Positions 31,218-40,901 of a stretch of DNA of 64,000 nucleotides are shown here, one piece after another; position 1 is the first letter of the stretch; the number at the start of each line of letters is the position of its first letter. The translations under genes and the position numbers were made by a program. The notes beneath the pieces were generated by a model that was given only the letters and a program-made list of their open reading frames with translations, did no database searches and was not told where the DNA came from. The stretch is from positions 594 to 64,593 of the forward strand of contig JAKSKI010000001.1 of the NCBI GenBank assembly GCA_024401865.1. Reading direction: 5' to 3'. The DNA comes from Bacteroidales bacterium (GTDB taxonomy: Bacteria; Bacteroidota; Bacteroidia; Bacteroidales; UBA932).

Positions 31218-32243
31218 TCATCTTTGGACGCGTCCGTTAGAATTGCCGGCCACGAGACTGAGCACCTCGTCCTCGCTCACCAGGTTGAAGTCGCCTGGAA
31301 CGGTCTGCTTAAGCGCGGATGCCGCCGTGGCGAACTCGATGGCGGCGCGCTGGTCACCCTTGTATTTGAGCATTCCATGAATGAGACCTCCGGAGAAGGC
31401 ATCGCCTCCTCCCACCCGGTCTACGACAGGGTCTATCTCATACCTTGTGGATTCGCAGAATTCACGGCCGTCATATATCAGGGCTTTCCATCCGTTGCGG
31501 CTGGCGGAGAATGATTCACGCAGTGTGGAGACTACATGACCGAATCCGAACTCCTCCTTCATCTGTCTGAAAATCCCCTTATATCCTTCCGCTCCGGTGG
31601 CTCCCGACGCAACATCGGCGTCGGGCTTGAATCCCAGACACAATTCCGCATCTTCTTCGTTGCCTATGCACACGTCAACATATTCCATAAGCGGCCGCAT
31701 TACCGAAATGGCCTTTTGGGGAGTCCAAAGTTTCTTGCGGAAGTTGAGGTCTACGGATACTGTCACGCCGTGCCGTCTGGCGGCTTCACAGGCCAGCCGG
31801 GTGAGATTGGCCGCATTGTCGGAGATGGCCGGAGTGATGCCTGACCAATGGAACCAGTCGGCATTCTCCATAATTGCATCGAAGTCGAAATCTTCGGGGG
31901 CGGCTTCGGCTATGGCGGAATGTGCACGGTCATAGATGACCTTCGACGGTCTCATCGAAGCTCCGGTCTCGGCATAATACAGGCCTATCCGGTCTCCGCC
32001 CCTTGCTATGAAGTCTGTCCTTACTCCGAATGAACGCAGGGAGTTTACGGCAATCTGGCCAATCTCGTGGGAGGGGAGTTTGGTGACATAGTACGAATCG
32101 TGTCCGTATGAAGCAAGGCTTACGGCCACGTTGGCTTCTCCACCTCCGGGTATCACCCTGAAGGATCCGGACTGTATGAACCTCTCGTTTCCTTCGGGAC
32201 TGAGCCTGAGCATTATCTCGCCCAATGTGATGATTCTTGCCAT
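31218..32243 (-). CDS. kdgK: 2-keto-3-deoxygluconate kinase (PfkB family)
   Basis: GEIMLRLS, GGEANVA, DRVGGGDAF; upstream of eda. Confidence 0.9.
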   Translation of the reverse strand: MARIITLGEIMLRLSPEGNERFIQSGSFRVIPGGGEANVAVSLASYGHDSYYVTKLPSHEIGQIAVNSLRSFGVRTDFIARGGDRIGLYYAETGASMRPSKVIYDRAHSAIAEAAPEDFDFDAIMENADWFHWSGITPAISDNAANLTRLACEAARRHGVTVSVDLNFRKKLWTPQKAISVMRPLMEYVDVCIGNEEDAELCLGFKPDADVASGATGAEGYKGIFRQMKEEFGFGHVVSTLRESFSASRNGWKALIYDGREFCESTRYEIDPVVDRVGGGDAFSGGLIHGMLKYKGDQRAAIEFATAASALKQTVPGDFNLVSEDEVLSLVAGNSNGRVQR

Positions 32244-32311
32244 AGAATGTAGAATAGTGATGGACAAATTTAAAAAATAAAGATATCTTTGTCAAAATTA
32301 AGGTTTCAGCT

Positions 32312-32968
32312 ATGAAAAATTTTATTCTTCCGGTATTGGCTGCAATGTTGTTGTGCTCTTGCGGATCAATCAGACTTGCTATGGATACGCGCACTGCGGA
32401 GGGCGACAGGATATTGCTTACTTCCGGCTCCCACCTGTTCGGTGACGTGGATATCGCATTGGGAGCCAAAATCAAGAGCGACAGGGATACTGTGCTGGCA
32501 GTGCTTGTGACCTACGGCGGCAGAAGCGATCACGGAGTCTTCGAAACAGGAGACAAGATGATGATACGGCTCTCCGATCAGTCCGTGATAAGCCTGAGCA
32601 ATATCTATGACCGTGAATATGAGAAGAATACGGAGACATATACCACAGAGGACAGAGTGTCCCGTTTCGGCTATGCCTACACCTATTCTCCATTCACCGG
32701 GGATGTGTACATTACTCCGTATGAAGCTTCGGCTTTTGTGCCTAGAGTACATACGGCCACCACGACCAACTCATACGCACTGTATCTCATCACCAAGCAG
32801 GAGCTTCTGGATATCATCGTCAAGGGAGCGGTCAAACTCAGGGTGGAGACCGAAAACGACGAACTGGATATGACTCTGGGCACCGAAAGGGTGGCGGAGA
32901 TCATGTCAGGCCAGTATGCCTGTCTCAAAGACGGATTCGTCAATGAACACCAGCGCAGGGAATTCTGA
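32312..32968 (+). CDS. Hypothetical lipoprotein
   Basis: Lipobox LCSC, with promoter TATCTTTG upstream. Confidence 0.72.
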   Translation: MKNFILPVLAAMLLCSCGSIRLAMDTRTAEGDRILLTSGSHLFGDVDIALGAKIKSDRDTVLAVLVTYGGRSDHGVFETGDKMMIRLSDQSVISLSNIYDREYEKNTETYTTEDRVSRFGYAYTYSPFTGDVYITPYEASAFVPRVHTATTTNSYALYLITKQELLDIIVKGAVKLRVETENDELDMTLGTERVAEIMSGQYACLKDGFVNEHQRREF

Positions 32969-32992
32969 CGTTAAACCGCTTATTAATATCAT

Positions 32993-34045
32993 ATGAAGCC
33001 ATTACACATCATCGTCGCAGCATCTCTCGCATTGTCATCCTGCTGCGGCGCCGGTCCGCATCTTCCCGAAGCACCGGATTACAGGACGTCGGACCCCGCC
33101 GTCGATTCCATGCTGCAGGCAATCAGGAACGAATGGGGCACCTCGGAACTCAATTCGATCATGGTGGTCAAGGACGGCCGCAAGATGCTCGAATATTATG
33201 ACTGCTGCTATGGCCCGGATTTCTTGAACATCTGCTGGTCGGCAAGCAAGACATTCACAGCTACAGCCGTAGGTTTTGCAGTGCAGGACGGCCTTCTTGA
33301 GGTGAATGGCAAACTCGTGGATTATCTCAACCCGGAGCAGCTGCCCGATCAGGTCAGCGATACCCTGGCAGGCCTGACCCTGTATGACCTGCTGAGGATG
33401 TCTTCCGGACTCAGGACCGACCCGATGGGCAAGGTGAGTTCGCTGGAAATGAAAACCCCTACGAAAACCGTTCTCGATGCAGGTTTCGAGAATCTTCCCG
33501 GCGATAAATACAGGTACAACAGTCTCAATACCTACCTTCTGTCCGTAGCCGTCTCCAATGTGACCGGCATGTCATTGGAGGATTATCTCGATGGGAAGCT
33601 GTTCAAGCCTCTCGGTATTCGCAAACATCATTGGGACAAGAGCGCCGAGGGTTATAACACGGGAGGATGGGGCCTGTACCTGCCCACCGAGTCCCTTGCC
33701 AAGATGGGACTGTTTATGCTCAACCGTGGCGTCTGGAACGGGAAACGCCTGTTGAATGACGAATGGTTTGACGAGGCGACAACGCCCCGGATATACCAGT
33801 ATCACGGCAAGGGATACAACGAAGAGCGGATAGCTTCACTCCGGGGCAATGATTTCAATATGGGCTATGGGTACCAGGTCTGGATGAACTCGGCCGGGGG
33901 CTACCGCCTTGACGGTGCCCACGGCCAGTTCGTAATGGTGCTTCCCGAGTACAACGCTGTCATAGTCCTGACAGGCAATGTCCGGGAAACCGGTCCCGAG
34001 ATGAAGGCAATGTGGAAGTATCTGCTTCCGCTTGTCTGTGACTGA
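32993..34045 (+). CDS. Serine hydrolase lipoprotein (beta-lactamase/NylB-like fold)
   Basis: SASK, LLRMSSG, YNS, YGYQVW. Confidence 0.85.
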   Translation: MKPLHIIVAASLALSSCCGAGPHLPEAPDYRTSDPAVDSMLQAIRNEWGTSELNSIMVVKDGRKMLEYYDCCYGPDFLNICWSASKTFTATAVGFAVQDGLLEVNGKLVDYLNPEQLPDQVSDTLAGLTLYDLLRMSSGLRTDPMGKVSSLEMKTPTKTVLDAGFENLPGDKYRYNSLNTYLLSVAVSNVTGMSLEDYLDGKLFKPLGIRKHHWDKSAEGYNTGGWGLYLPTESLAKMGLFMLNRGVWNGKRLLNDEWFDEATTPRIYQYHGKGYNEERIASLRGNDFNMGYGYQVWMNSAGGYRLDGAHGQFVMVLPEYNAVIVLTGNVRETGPEMKAMWKYLLPLVCD

Positions 34046-34054
34046 ACCCCAATG

Positions 34055-34846
34055 TCAGAATACCCACTTTGCTCCCAGGCAGGGACGGCACCAGAAACCC
34101 TTTGCTGAACCGAAGTCATAGGAGAGTTCCAACTCGCCGCCAATGTTGAGGTTGGGGCAACCGAAATGCTGTCCTACGCAATACCAGAGTTGAGGCTCGG
34201 CGATGAACACGACGCCTGACTCCTCTGACTTCTTGGTGAAATCTCCGTCAGGATAAACTAAGTGCTTCTCTCCCCAAACATCGGCAAAGCCGCAGAAACG
34301 GAGGCCCTGCAGTCCGAAGAGATCCTGCATTCCCCAGACAAATGTGAACTGAAGGGGGACGTTGCCTTCATTGCCCCATATCTTCTTGTAGAGGAGCTTG
34401 AAGTTGAAGGTGTTCTTGAAATCCTTCGAATGGACAAAGAAGTCGACACCGGCAAGGAGAGCGTGGTTGATGGGATATGACCTGTAGACACCGCCGTTGT
34501 ACTCCAACTGGAGGCTGAGGAAGTTCAGAGGCGTGTCCTGCCAGAAATTGAAGCAGCGTGCAATCTCCCAATAAGATCCGCCGGGACGGTTGGCCTGCTC
34601 TTCGCCCAGGGTGTTTCCTTTCTGGGGATTATAGTCATAATCGATGAAGAAGAAGGTGTTTCCCCAAGGGTCATTGTAGAAACCTTCGAGAGTCGTGGTG
34701 ATGATTTTGCGGTCCTTTCCGAAGTCATATTGGAGCTGGAGGTTGGTGGAGCCGTTGCCGATTGTGGATTTCTCCTGTGCGCAGACGCTCAGGCCACTGA
34801 GGATGGCGCATGCAAATGCCGCGACTGTAACGATGAGTTTTTTCAT
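34055..34846 (-). CDS. DUF5020 / Tsx-like outer-membrane channel
   Basis: Signal peptide, LQLQYDFG, WGNTFFFIDYD, YWEIAR, C-terminal AKWVF. Confidence 0.8.
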   Translation of the reverse strand: MKKLIVTVAAFACAILSGLSVCAQEKSTIGNGSTNLQLQYDFGKDRKIITTTLEGFYNDPWGNTFFFIDYDYNPQKGNTLGEEQANRPGGSYWEIARCFNFWQDTPLNFLSLQLEYNGGVYRSYPINHALLAGVDFFVHSKDFKNTFNFKLLYKKIWGNEGNVPLQFTFVWGMQDLFGLQGLRFCGFADVWGEKHLVYPDGDFTKKSEESGVVFIAEPQLWYCVGQHFGCPNLNIGGELELSYDFGSAKGFWCRPCLGAKWVF

Positions 34847-34882
34847 ATGGTAATAGAGTTGTTCATTAATATGTGATTGTCA

Positions 34883-36310
34883 TTATTGCTTGTCCTTCTT
34901 GATGACAGGCTTGGCTCCCTTGAGAGAGGCGGCCTCCTCCGGCATTTCCTCGTGCCAGTTGGGATGACGTGTGGAACCTCCGAGGTTGACGGTGAGGTCC
35001 GCACGCTTGTTCTCTCCGAATTCATAATCCTTGCCGGGAAGTGCGGCATTCATGACGATACCGACCAGAGCGGCCACTGCGAGGCCTGAGAGGGATATCT
35101 TGCCGAGAACGATGGCACCCGGACCGTAGTTGACACCAATGGCGAGTACCATGATGAGGGCGGCAATGAGAAGGTTGCGTGAGTATGTGAGGTCAACCTT
35201 GTTCTCGACGAGGTTACGCACGCCGACTGCGGAAATCATACCGTAGAGCACGAGGCTGACGCCACCGATGGTGGCAGCCGGCATAACGGTGACTATGGCC
35301 GCGAATTTGGGACAGAAGGAGAAGATGATTGCGAGGACGGCTGCGATGCGTATGACGCGGGGATCGAATACCTTGGTGAGGTTGAGGACTCCGGTGTTTT
35401 CGCCGTATGTCGTATTGGCAGGAGCTCCGAACATGGATGCAAGGGCTGTCGCGAGACCGTCTCCCATAAGAGTGCGGTGCAGACCGGGATCTTCGAGATA
35501 GTTGATGCCGGTTGTGGAGGAGATTGCGCACATATCACCGATGTGTTCCATCATAGTTGCGAGAGAAATCGGGATGATGGTGATGATGGCGGTAACCACA
35601 AGACCCCAGTTGGGATTGCCGAACACGGAGAATGCAGTGTTCTTCATCTCGAATGGAAGCCCTATCCAGGATGCTTCTTTTACCATAGTGAAGTCGACGA
35701 GTCCGAAGCAGGCTGCTACGACATAGGAGCCTACCACACCCATAAGCACGGGGACAATCCTTATCATTCCCTTGGCCCAGAGGTTGCAGACCAGAATGAT
35801 GACGACTGCCAGAAGGGCAATCCACCAGTTGGTGCAGCAGTTGTTGATGGCCGAGCCCGAGAGGGTGAGTCCGATAGCGATGATGATGGGACCGGTGACC
35901 ACGGGAGGGAAGAATCGCATGACCTTCTTGACGCCGAAAATCTTGATGAAGCCGGCAAGGATGAGGTACATCAGACCTGCGCAGAAAACGCCGATGCAGG
36001 CATAGGGCAGGGATGCGGCCTTGTCAAGACCCTGGGCGGCACCTATCTCGACAACGGCGGCATAACCGCCGATGAATGCGAATGACGAACCCAGGAAGGC
36101 GGGGACCTTCATCTTGGTCAGAAGGTGGAACAGTAAAGTGCCGAGGCCCGCGAAGAGCAGGGTGGCGCTGACGGAAAGCCCGGTGAGGGCCGGAACGAGA
36201 ACGGTGGCTCCGAACATTGCGAACATGTGCTGGAAGCCGAGGAGAAGCATCCTGGGTTTGCCAAGAGTACGAGCATCATAGATGCCCAATGGTTTAGTAA
36301 TATCTGCCAT
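34883..36310 (-). CDS. uraA: NCS2 uracil/xanthine permease
   Basis: QHMFAMFGATVLVP, EHIGD, NTTYGENTG. Confidence 0.88.
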   Translation of the reverse strand: MADITKPLGIYDARTLGKPRMLLLGFQHMFAMFGATVLVPALTGLSVSATLLFAGLGTLLFHLLTKMKVPAFLGSSFAFIGGYAAVVEIGAAQGLDKAASLPYACIGVFCAGLMYLILAGFIKIFGVKKVMRFFPPVVTGPIIIAIGLTLSGSAINNCCTNWWIALLAVVIILVCNLWAKGMIRIVPVLMGVVGSYVVAACFGLVDFTMVKEASWIGLPFEMKNTAFSVFGNPNWGLVVTAIITIIPISLATMMEHIGDMCAISSTTGINYLEDPGLHRTLMGDGLATALASMFGAPANTTYGENTGVLNLTKVFDPRVIRIAAVLAIIFSFCPKFAAIVTVMPAATIGGVSLVLYGMISAVGVRNLVENKVDLTYSRNLLIAALIMVLAIGVNYGPGAIVLGKISLSGLAVAALVGIVMNAALPGKDYEFGENKRADLTVNLGGSTRHPNWHEEMPEEAASLKGAKPVIKKDKQ

Positions 36311-36322
36311 AATATATAATAG

Positions 36323-36361
36323 AACGGATTAACCTGATAACAAATTTAAGGTTAATCCGTT
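36323..36361. repeat. Perfect 13-bp inverted repeat enclosing a -7 promoter motif
   Basis: AACGGATTAACCT-N13-AGGTTAATCCGTT; the spacer contains TAAATTTG on the minus strand. Confidence 0.85.
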
Positions 36362-36418
36362 AGTGCGGGGATTTTGGCCCGCAATATTTTATAAACAACT
36401 TTTCAACAGACGGCTGCG

Positions 36419-39400
36419 CTATCTGTATTCGTCCCAGGCTTTGATGGCAAGGTCATCTTCACCCAGTCTGCAGAATGCCGTGATGTATGCGGTCGCAAGC
36501 CTGCGGTTGGTGATGAGGGGTACGTTGAAATCGATGGCAGCGCGGCGCAGCTTGTATCCATTGGTCAGTTCACCCGTGGAGAAGTCCTTGGGTATGTTGA
36601 CTATGAGTTCCACTTTCTGGTCTCTGATAAGGTCGACGGCGGCGGGGAAGCCCTTCTTGCCTTCTTCGACTTCGCTGGGCCACAGCGCACGGAGACAAGG
36701 GATTTCGTTCTCCTGAAGATATTTGAACGTGCCGGAAGTGGCATAAATACGGTAACCTGCACCTATGAGCCGCTGGCAGGCGTCCAGAAGGTCGGCCTTC
36801 TGTCTGGCGTTGCCTGACGAAATGAGCACGTCTTTCTTGGGAATCCTGTGACCGACGGAGATCATCGCCTTCAGGATCGCCTCGTCCAGGGTGTCGCCTA
36901 TACAACCCACTTCTCCCGTGGAGGCCATATCGACACCGAGCACGGGGTCAGCCTGTCCGAGTCTCGAGAATGAGAATTGGGAAGCCTTGACACCTACGTA
37001 TTCGAGTTCGAACGCGTCGGTCGTGACCGGGGCCGGATGCTCTCCTAGCATACAGCGGGTGGCAAGTTCTATGAGGTTGGTCTTGAGTATCTTTGATACG
37101 AACGGGAAGCTTCTTGATGCGCGCAGGTTGCACTCGATGACCTTGATGAATCCGCTTCCCACAAGGAACTGGATGTTGAAGGGACCGGTGATGTCGAGAG
37201 CGCCCGCTATCTTTGCGGCTATCTTGCGGATATGGGCCGCAGTCACGCCGTAGAGCTTCTGGGGAGGGAACTGGATTGTGGCGTCTCCCGAGTGTACGCC
37301 TGCAAATTCGATGTGCTCCGATATGCCGTAGGCCACTAGTCTGCCTCCGTCCGCCACGGCGTCGAACTCTACTTCCTTGCATTTCTGCATGAATGCACTT
37401 ATGACGACAGGGTGTTCTTCGGACACGTCCACCGCCATATCGAGGTATTTCCAAAGGTTGTCCTCGTTGTAGCATACGTTCATTGCCGCACCGGAGAGTA
37501 CGTAGGAAGGTCTTACGAGCACGGGGAATCCGACCTCGGCCACGAACCTGTCCACGTCCTCCTTGGTGGTGAGTTCGCTCCATCTGGGCTGGTCGATGCC
37601 CAGACTGTCCACGATGGATGAGAACTTGTTGCGGTCCTCCGCCTTGTCGATGGATTCGGCGGTGGTTCCGAGAAGTCTGATCCCCGCTTTCTCAAGAGGC
37701 AGGGCGAGGTTGTTGGGAATCTGTCCTCCCACGCTTACCACCACACCGAAAGGCTGTTCCAGAGCGCAGATGTCCATTACTATCTCGAAGCTGAGCTCGT
37801 CGAAATAAAGCCTGTCGCAGACATCGTAGTCGGTGGAAACCGTCTCGGGGTTGTAATTTATCATAACCGCGTTGTGACCGCGTGATCTCAGGGTGTTAAG
37901 CGCATTGACGCTGCACCAGTCGAATTCCACGCTGCTGCCGATGCGGTATGCGCCGGAGCCAAGCACTATGGCGGTGTTGCCGTCTTTGGCGAACCCGATG
38001 TCGTCACGGTCGCTGTTGTAGGTGAGATACAGGTAATTGCTGTCCTTGCCGTTGCCGAAGTCCAGAGTCTTTATCTTCTTGACAAACGGCCTGAGACCTC
38101 CGGAAATGCGCTTTGCCCGCACTTCGGATTCCTTGCATCCGAACACGCGGGCAATCTGAATGTCGGAGAAACCGAGTTTCTTGGCCTTGACCAGCAAGTC
38201 TTTGCCGAGTTTGTCAAGACTTCCGACCTGCTCCAGCTCCCTGTAGACATTCTCGATATTCACAAGTTTGTTGATGAACCAGGGATCTATCCTGGTAAGT
38301 TCACATATTCTCCCGGCTGTGTATCCGGACTCGAGAGCCGCCGCAATGGCAAACATACGGCCGTCTGTGGGATGAGACAGGGCATAATCAAGGTCTTCGG
38401 ACTTGAAGGGCTTGTTGCAAACGAATCCGTGTGCACCCTGACCGATCATTCTCAGACCTTTCTGGATGGTTTCCTCGAAGCATTTGCCTATGGCCATCAC
38501 CTCTCCGACGCTCTTCATCGTGGTGCCGATTTCCCTGGAGACTTTCTTGAATTTGGCAAGATCCCAGCGCGGAAGCTTGCAGACGACATAGTCCACAGAA
38601 GGAGTCTTCGCTGCGTTGCCTATCTCGTCGAGACTGTATCCGAGGCCGATTTTGGCGGCTACGAAGGCAAGGGGGTAGCCCGTCGCCTTGGAAGCGAGGG
38701 CTGAAGAACGGCTGAGCCTGGCGTTGACCTCTATGACGCGGTAATCCATACTGCCGTCAGGGGCGAATGCGAACTGGATGTTGCACTCTCCTACAATGCC
38801 GAGGTGACGTACTATCTTGACCGAAAGCTTGTGCAGGAAGTCCAGTTCTTCTGCAGTGAGGGACTGGGTAGGGGCCACGACGATGCTCTCTCCGGTGTGT
38901 ATGCCGAGAGGATCGAAATTCTCCATATCGCAGATTACCAGACATTTGTCGTTGGCGTCGCGGACTACTTCGAATTCGATTTCCTTCCATCCCTTGAGGG
39001 ATTTCTCCACGAGAAGCTGGGGCGAGAACGTGAAAGACTTGCTGGCGGTGGCTTCCAGTTCTGCGGCGTTGTCGCAGAATCCCGAACCGAGTCCTCCAAG
39101 GGCGAACGCTGCGCGAAGAATGACCGGATAGCCGATTTCTTCGGCTGCTGCCGCAGCATCCTCTATAGTCTCCGCTGCGTGCGAACGAATGGTCTTGACA
39201 CCTATTTCGTCAAGCCTCTCGACAAACAGCTCACGGTCTTCCGTATCTATAATGGTGGTGACAGGTGTGCCCAGCACGCGGACGCCGTGGCTCTTGAGGA
39301 AGCCGCTCTTATACAGTTCGATTCCGCAGTTCAGAGCCGTCTGTCCGCCAAAAGACAGGAGAATGCCGTCCGGCTTCTCCTTTTCGATAACCTTTTCGAC

Positions 39401-39610
39401 GTACTTGGGTATCACCGGCAGGAAATATATCTTGTCGGCCACACCTTCCGATGTCTGGACCGTTGCGATGTTGGGATTGACAAGGACGGTGCTGATACCT
39501 TCCTCCCTCATTGCCTTGAGGGCCTGTGCGCCACTGTAGTCGAATTCTCCAGCCTGTCCGATTTTCAATGCTCCGGACCCGAGCACGATAACTTTACGAA
39601 TGTCTTTCAT
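36419..39610 (-). CDS. carB: Carbamoyl-phosphate synthase large subunit
   Basis: IGQAGEFDYSG, duplicated ATP-grasp domains, MGS domain. Confidence 0.97.
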   Translation of the reverse strand: MKDIRKVIVLGSGALKIGQAGEFDYSGAQALKAMREEGISTVLVNPNIATVQTSEGVADKIYFLPVIPKYVEKVIEKEKPDGILLSFGGQTALNCGIELYKSGFLKSHGVRVLGTPVTTIIDTEDRELFVERLDEIGVKTIRSHAAETIEDAAAAAEEIGYPVILRAAFALGGLGSGFCDNAAELEATASKSFTFSPQLLVEKSLKGWKEIEFEVVRDANDKCLVICDMENFDPLGIHTGESIVVAPTQSLTAEELDFLHKLSVKIVRHLGIVGECNIQFAFAPDGSMDYRVIEVNARLSRSSALASKATGYPLAFVAAKIGLGYSLDEIGNAAKTPSVDYVVCKLPRWDLAKFKKVSREIGTTMKSVGEVMAIGKCFEETIQKGLRMIGQGAHGFVCNKPFKSEDLDYALSHPTDGRMFAIAAALESGYTAGRICELTRIDPWFINKLVNIENVYRELEQVGSLDKLGKDLLVKAKKLGFSDIQIARVFGCKESEVRAKRISGGLRPFVKKIKTLDFGNGKDSNYLYLTYNSDRDDIGFAKDGNTAIVLGSGAYRIGSSVEFDWCSVNALNTLRSRGHNAVMINYNPETVSTDYDVCDRLYFDELSFEIVMDICALEQPFGVVVSVGGQIPNNLALPLEKAGIRLLGTTAESIDKAEDRNKFSSIVDSLGIDQPRWSELTTKEDVDRFVAEVGFPVLVRPSYVLSGAAMNVCYNEDNLWKYLDMAVDVSEEHPVVISAFMQKCKEVEFDAVADGGRLVAYGISEHIEFAGVHSGDATIQFPPQKLYGVTAAHIRKIAAKIAGALDITGPFNIQFLVGSGFIKVIECNLRASRSFPFVSKILKTNLIELATRCMLGEHPAPVTTDAFELEYVGVKASQFSFSRLGQADPVLGVDMASTGEVGCIGDTLDEAILKAMISVGHRIPKKDVLISSGNARQKADLLDACQRLIGAGYRIYATSGTFKYLQENEIPCLRALWPSEVEEGKKGFPAAVDLIRDQKVELIVNIPKDFSTGELTNGYKLRRAAIDFNVPLITNRRLATAYITAFCRLGEDDLAIKAWDEYR

Positions 39611-39611
39611 A

Positions 39612-40901
39612 TCACCATTGTGCCGCTTCTTTCATCAATGCGGCTATTTTGTCATTACAAAGATTGCCTATGCTTCCCAAATGGGTGTGCCTGATTCCGC
39701 CTTCGAAGTGGAAGCTGCCTTCGTTGACTTCCCTGCCCACCTGGCGGTAAGCGTCCCTGAAGGGCATACCGTCCAGCACTCTCCTGTTGACCTCCTCCAC
39801 CGTGAAGAGATGGTCATACAGGCCGTTGTCGAGGATGTGTTCGTTGACCTCGATGAAATCCAGCATATAGGATGTCATATCCAGGCAGCCGTGCATGAGC
39901 TCGAGGGCGGGGAAAAGAATGTCTTTGAGTATCTGGTAGTCACGGTGGTAGCCGTGGGGCATGTTGCTGCACAGGAGGGAAATCTCGTTCTCGGTCGAGA
40001 GTATGCGGTTGCACTTGGCCCTGACCAGCTCCCATACGTCGGGATTCTTCTTGTGAGGCATTATGCTGGATCCCGTGGTAAGACTGTCGGGGAAATGTAT
40101 GAATCCGAAATTGGGACACATATACATACAGCAGTCGGAGGCGAACTTGTTGAGCGTCAAGGCAAGGCTGCCCATCGCCGAGGCAACGCACCTCTCTGAC
40201 TTGCCGCGGCTGAGCTGAGCGGCTATGCTGTTGTAGTCCGGGGATGCGAATCCCAGCAGACGCGTGGTCATCTCCCTGTCGAGCGGGAATGAATTGCCGT
40301 ATCCCGCGGCAGAGCCGAGAGGATTGCGGTTCACAACCCTGTAGGCTCCCTGCATCATGCTCATATCATTGACAAGGGCTTCGGCATAGGCTCCGAACCA
40401 CAGGCCGAATGATGACGGCATCGCAATCTGGGCGTGGGTGTAACCCGGCAGCAGGACCTCACTGTATTTGTCGCTCAATGCCTGAAGCTTGTTGAAGAGC
40501 GTGAGAGTTTCGCTGCGGAGAGCAAGAAGCTCGTCCCTCAGGAAAAGCTTGAGGTCGACCAGAACCTGGTCGTTGCGGGACCTGCCCGAGTGGATTTTCT
40601 TGCCTATGTCCCCGAGCTTCCTCGTGAGAAGGAGTTCGACCTGGGAGTGTATGTCCTCCACATCATCTTCGAGTACAAAAACGCCGCCCTCGATGGAGGC
40701 GGCTATTTCATCCAGAGCGGACAACAGTTTGCTCAACTCTTCCGACGAAAGAAGGCCGACGGACTCCAGCATCTTGATGTGGGCTTTGGAACCCATAACA
40801 TCGTATCGTGCGAGTCTCAGGTCAAGAATACGGTCATTGCCAACGGTGAAGGCTTCCACCTTGTCGGTGCAAGAAGTGCCTTTATTCCAGAGTGTGGCCA
40901 T
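39612..40901 (-). CDS. argH: Argininosuccinate lyase
   Basis: GRSRNDQ, GSSIMPHKKNPD. Confidence 0.96.
   Translation of the reverse strand: MATLWNKGTSCTDKVEAFTVGNDRILDLRLARYDVMGSKAHIKMLESVGLLSSEELSKLLSALDEIAASIEGGVFVLEDDVEDIHSQVELLLTRKLGDIGKKIHSGRSRNDQVLVDLKLFLRDELLALRSETLTLFNKLQALSDKYSEVLLPGYTHAQIAMPSSFGLWFGAYAEALVNDMSMMQGAYRVVNRNPLGSAAGYGNSFPLDREMTTRLLGFASPDYNSIAAQLSRGKSERCVASAMGSLALTLNKFASDCCMYMCPNFGFIHFPDSLTTGSSIMPHKKNPDVWELVRAKCNRILSTENEISLLCSNMPHGYHRDYQILKDILFPALELMHGCLDMTSYMLDFIEVNEHILDNGLYDHLFTVEEVNRRVLDGMPFRDAYRQVGREVNEGSFHFEGGIRHTHLGSIGNLCNDKIAALMKEAAQW

Noticed and set aside
32993-34045. Beta-lactamase resistance gene
   Set aside because: SxxK and YxS are present but there is no KTG triad; it looks like a generic esterase/amidase-type serine hydrolase.
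36323-36361. Invertible (phase-variable) promoter
   Set aside because: The 13-bp spacer is too short for typical invertase synapsis and no invertase is adjacent; kept only as a regulatory palindrome.
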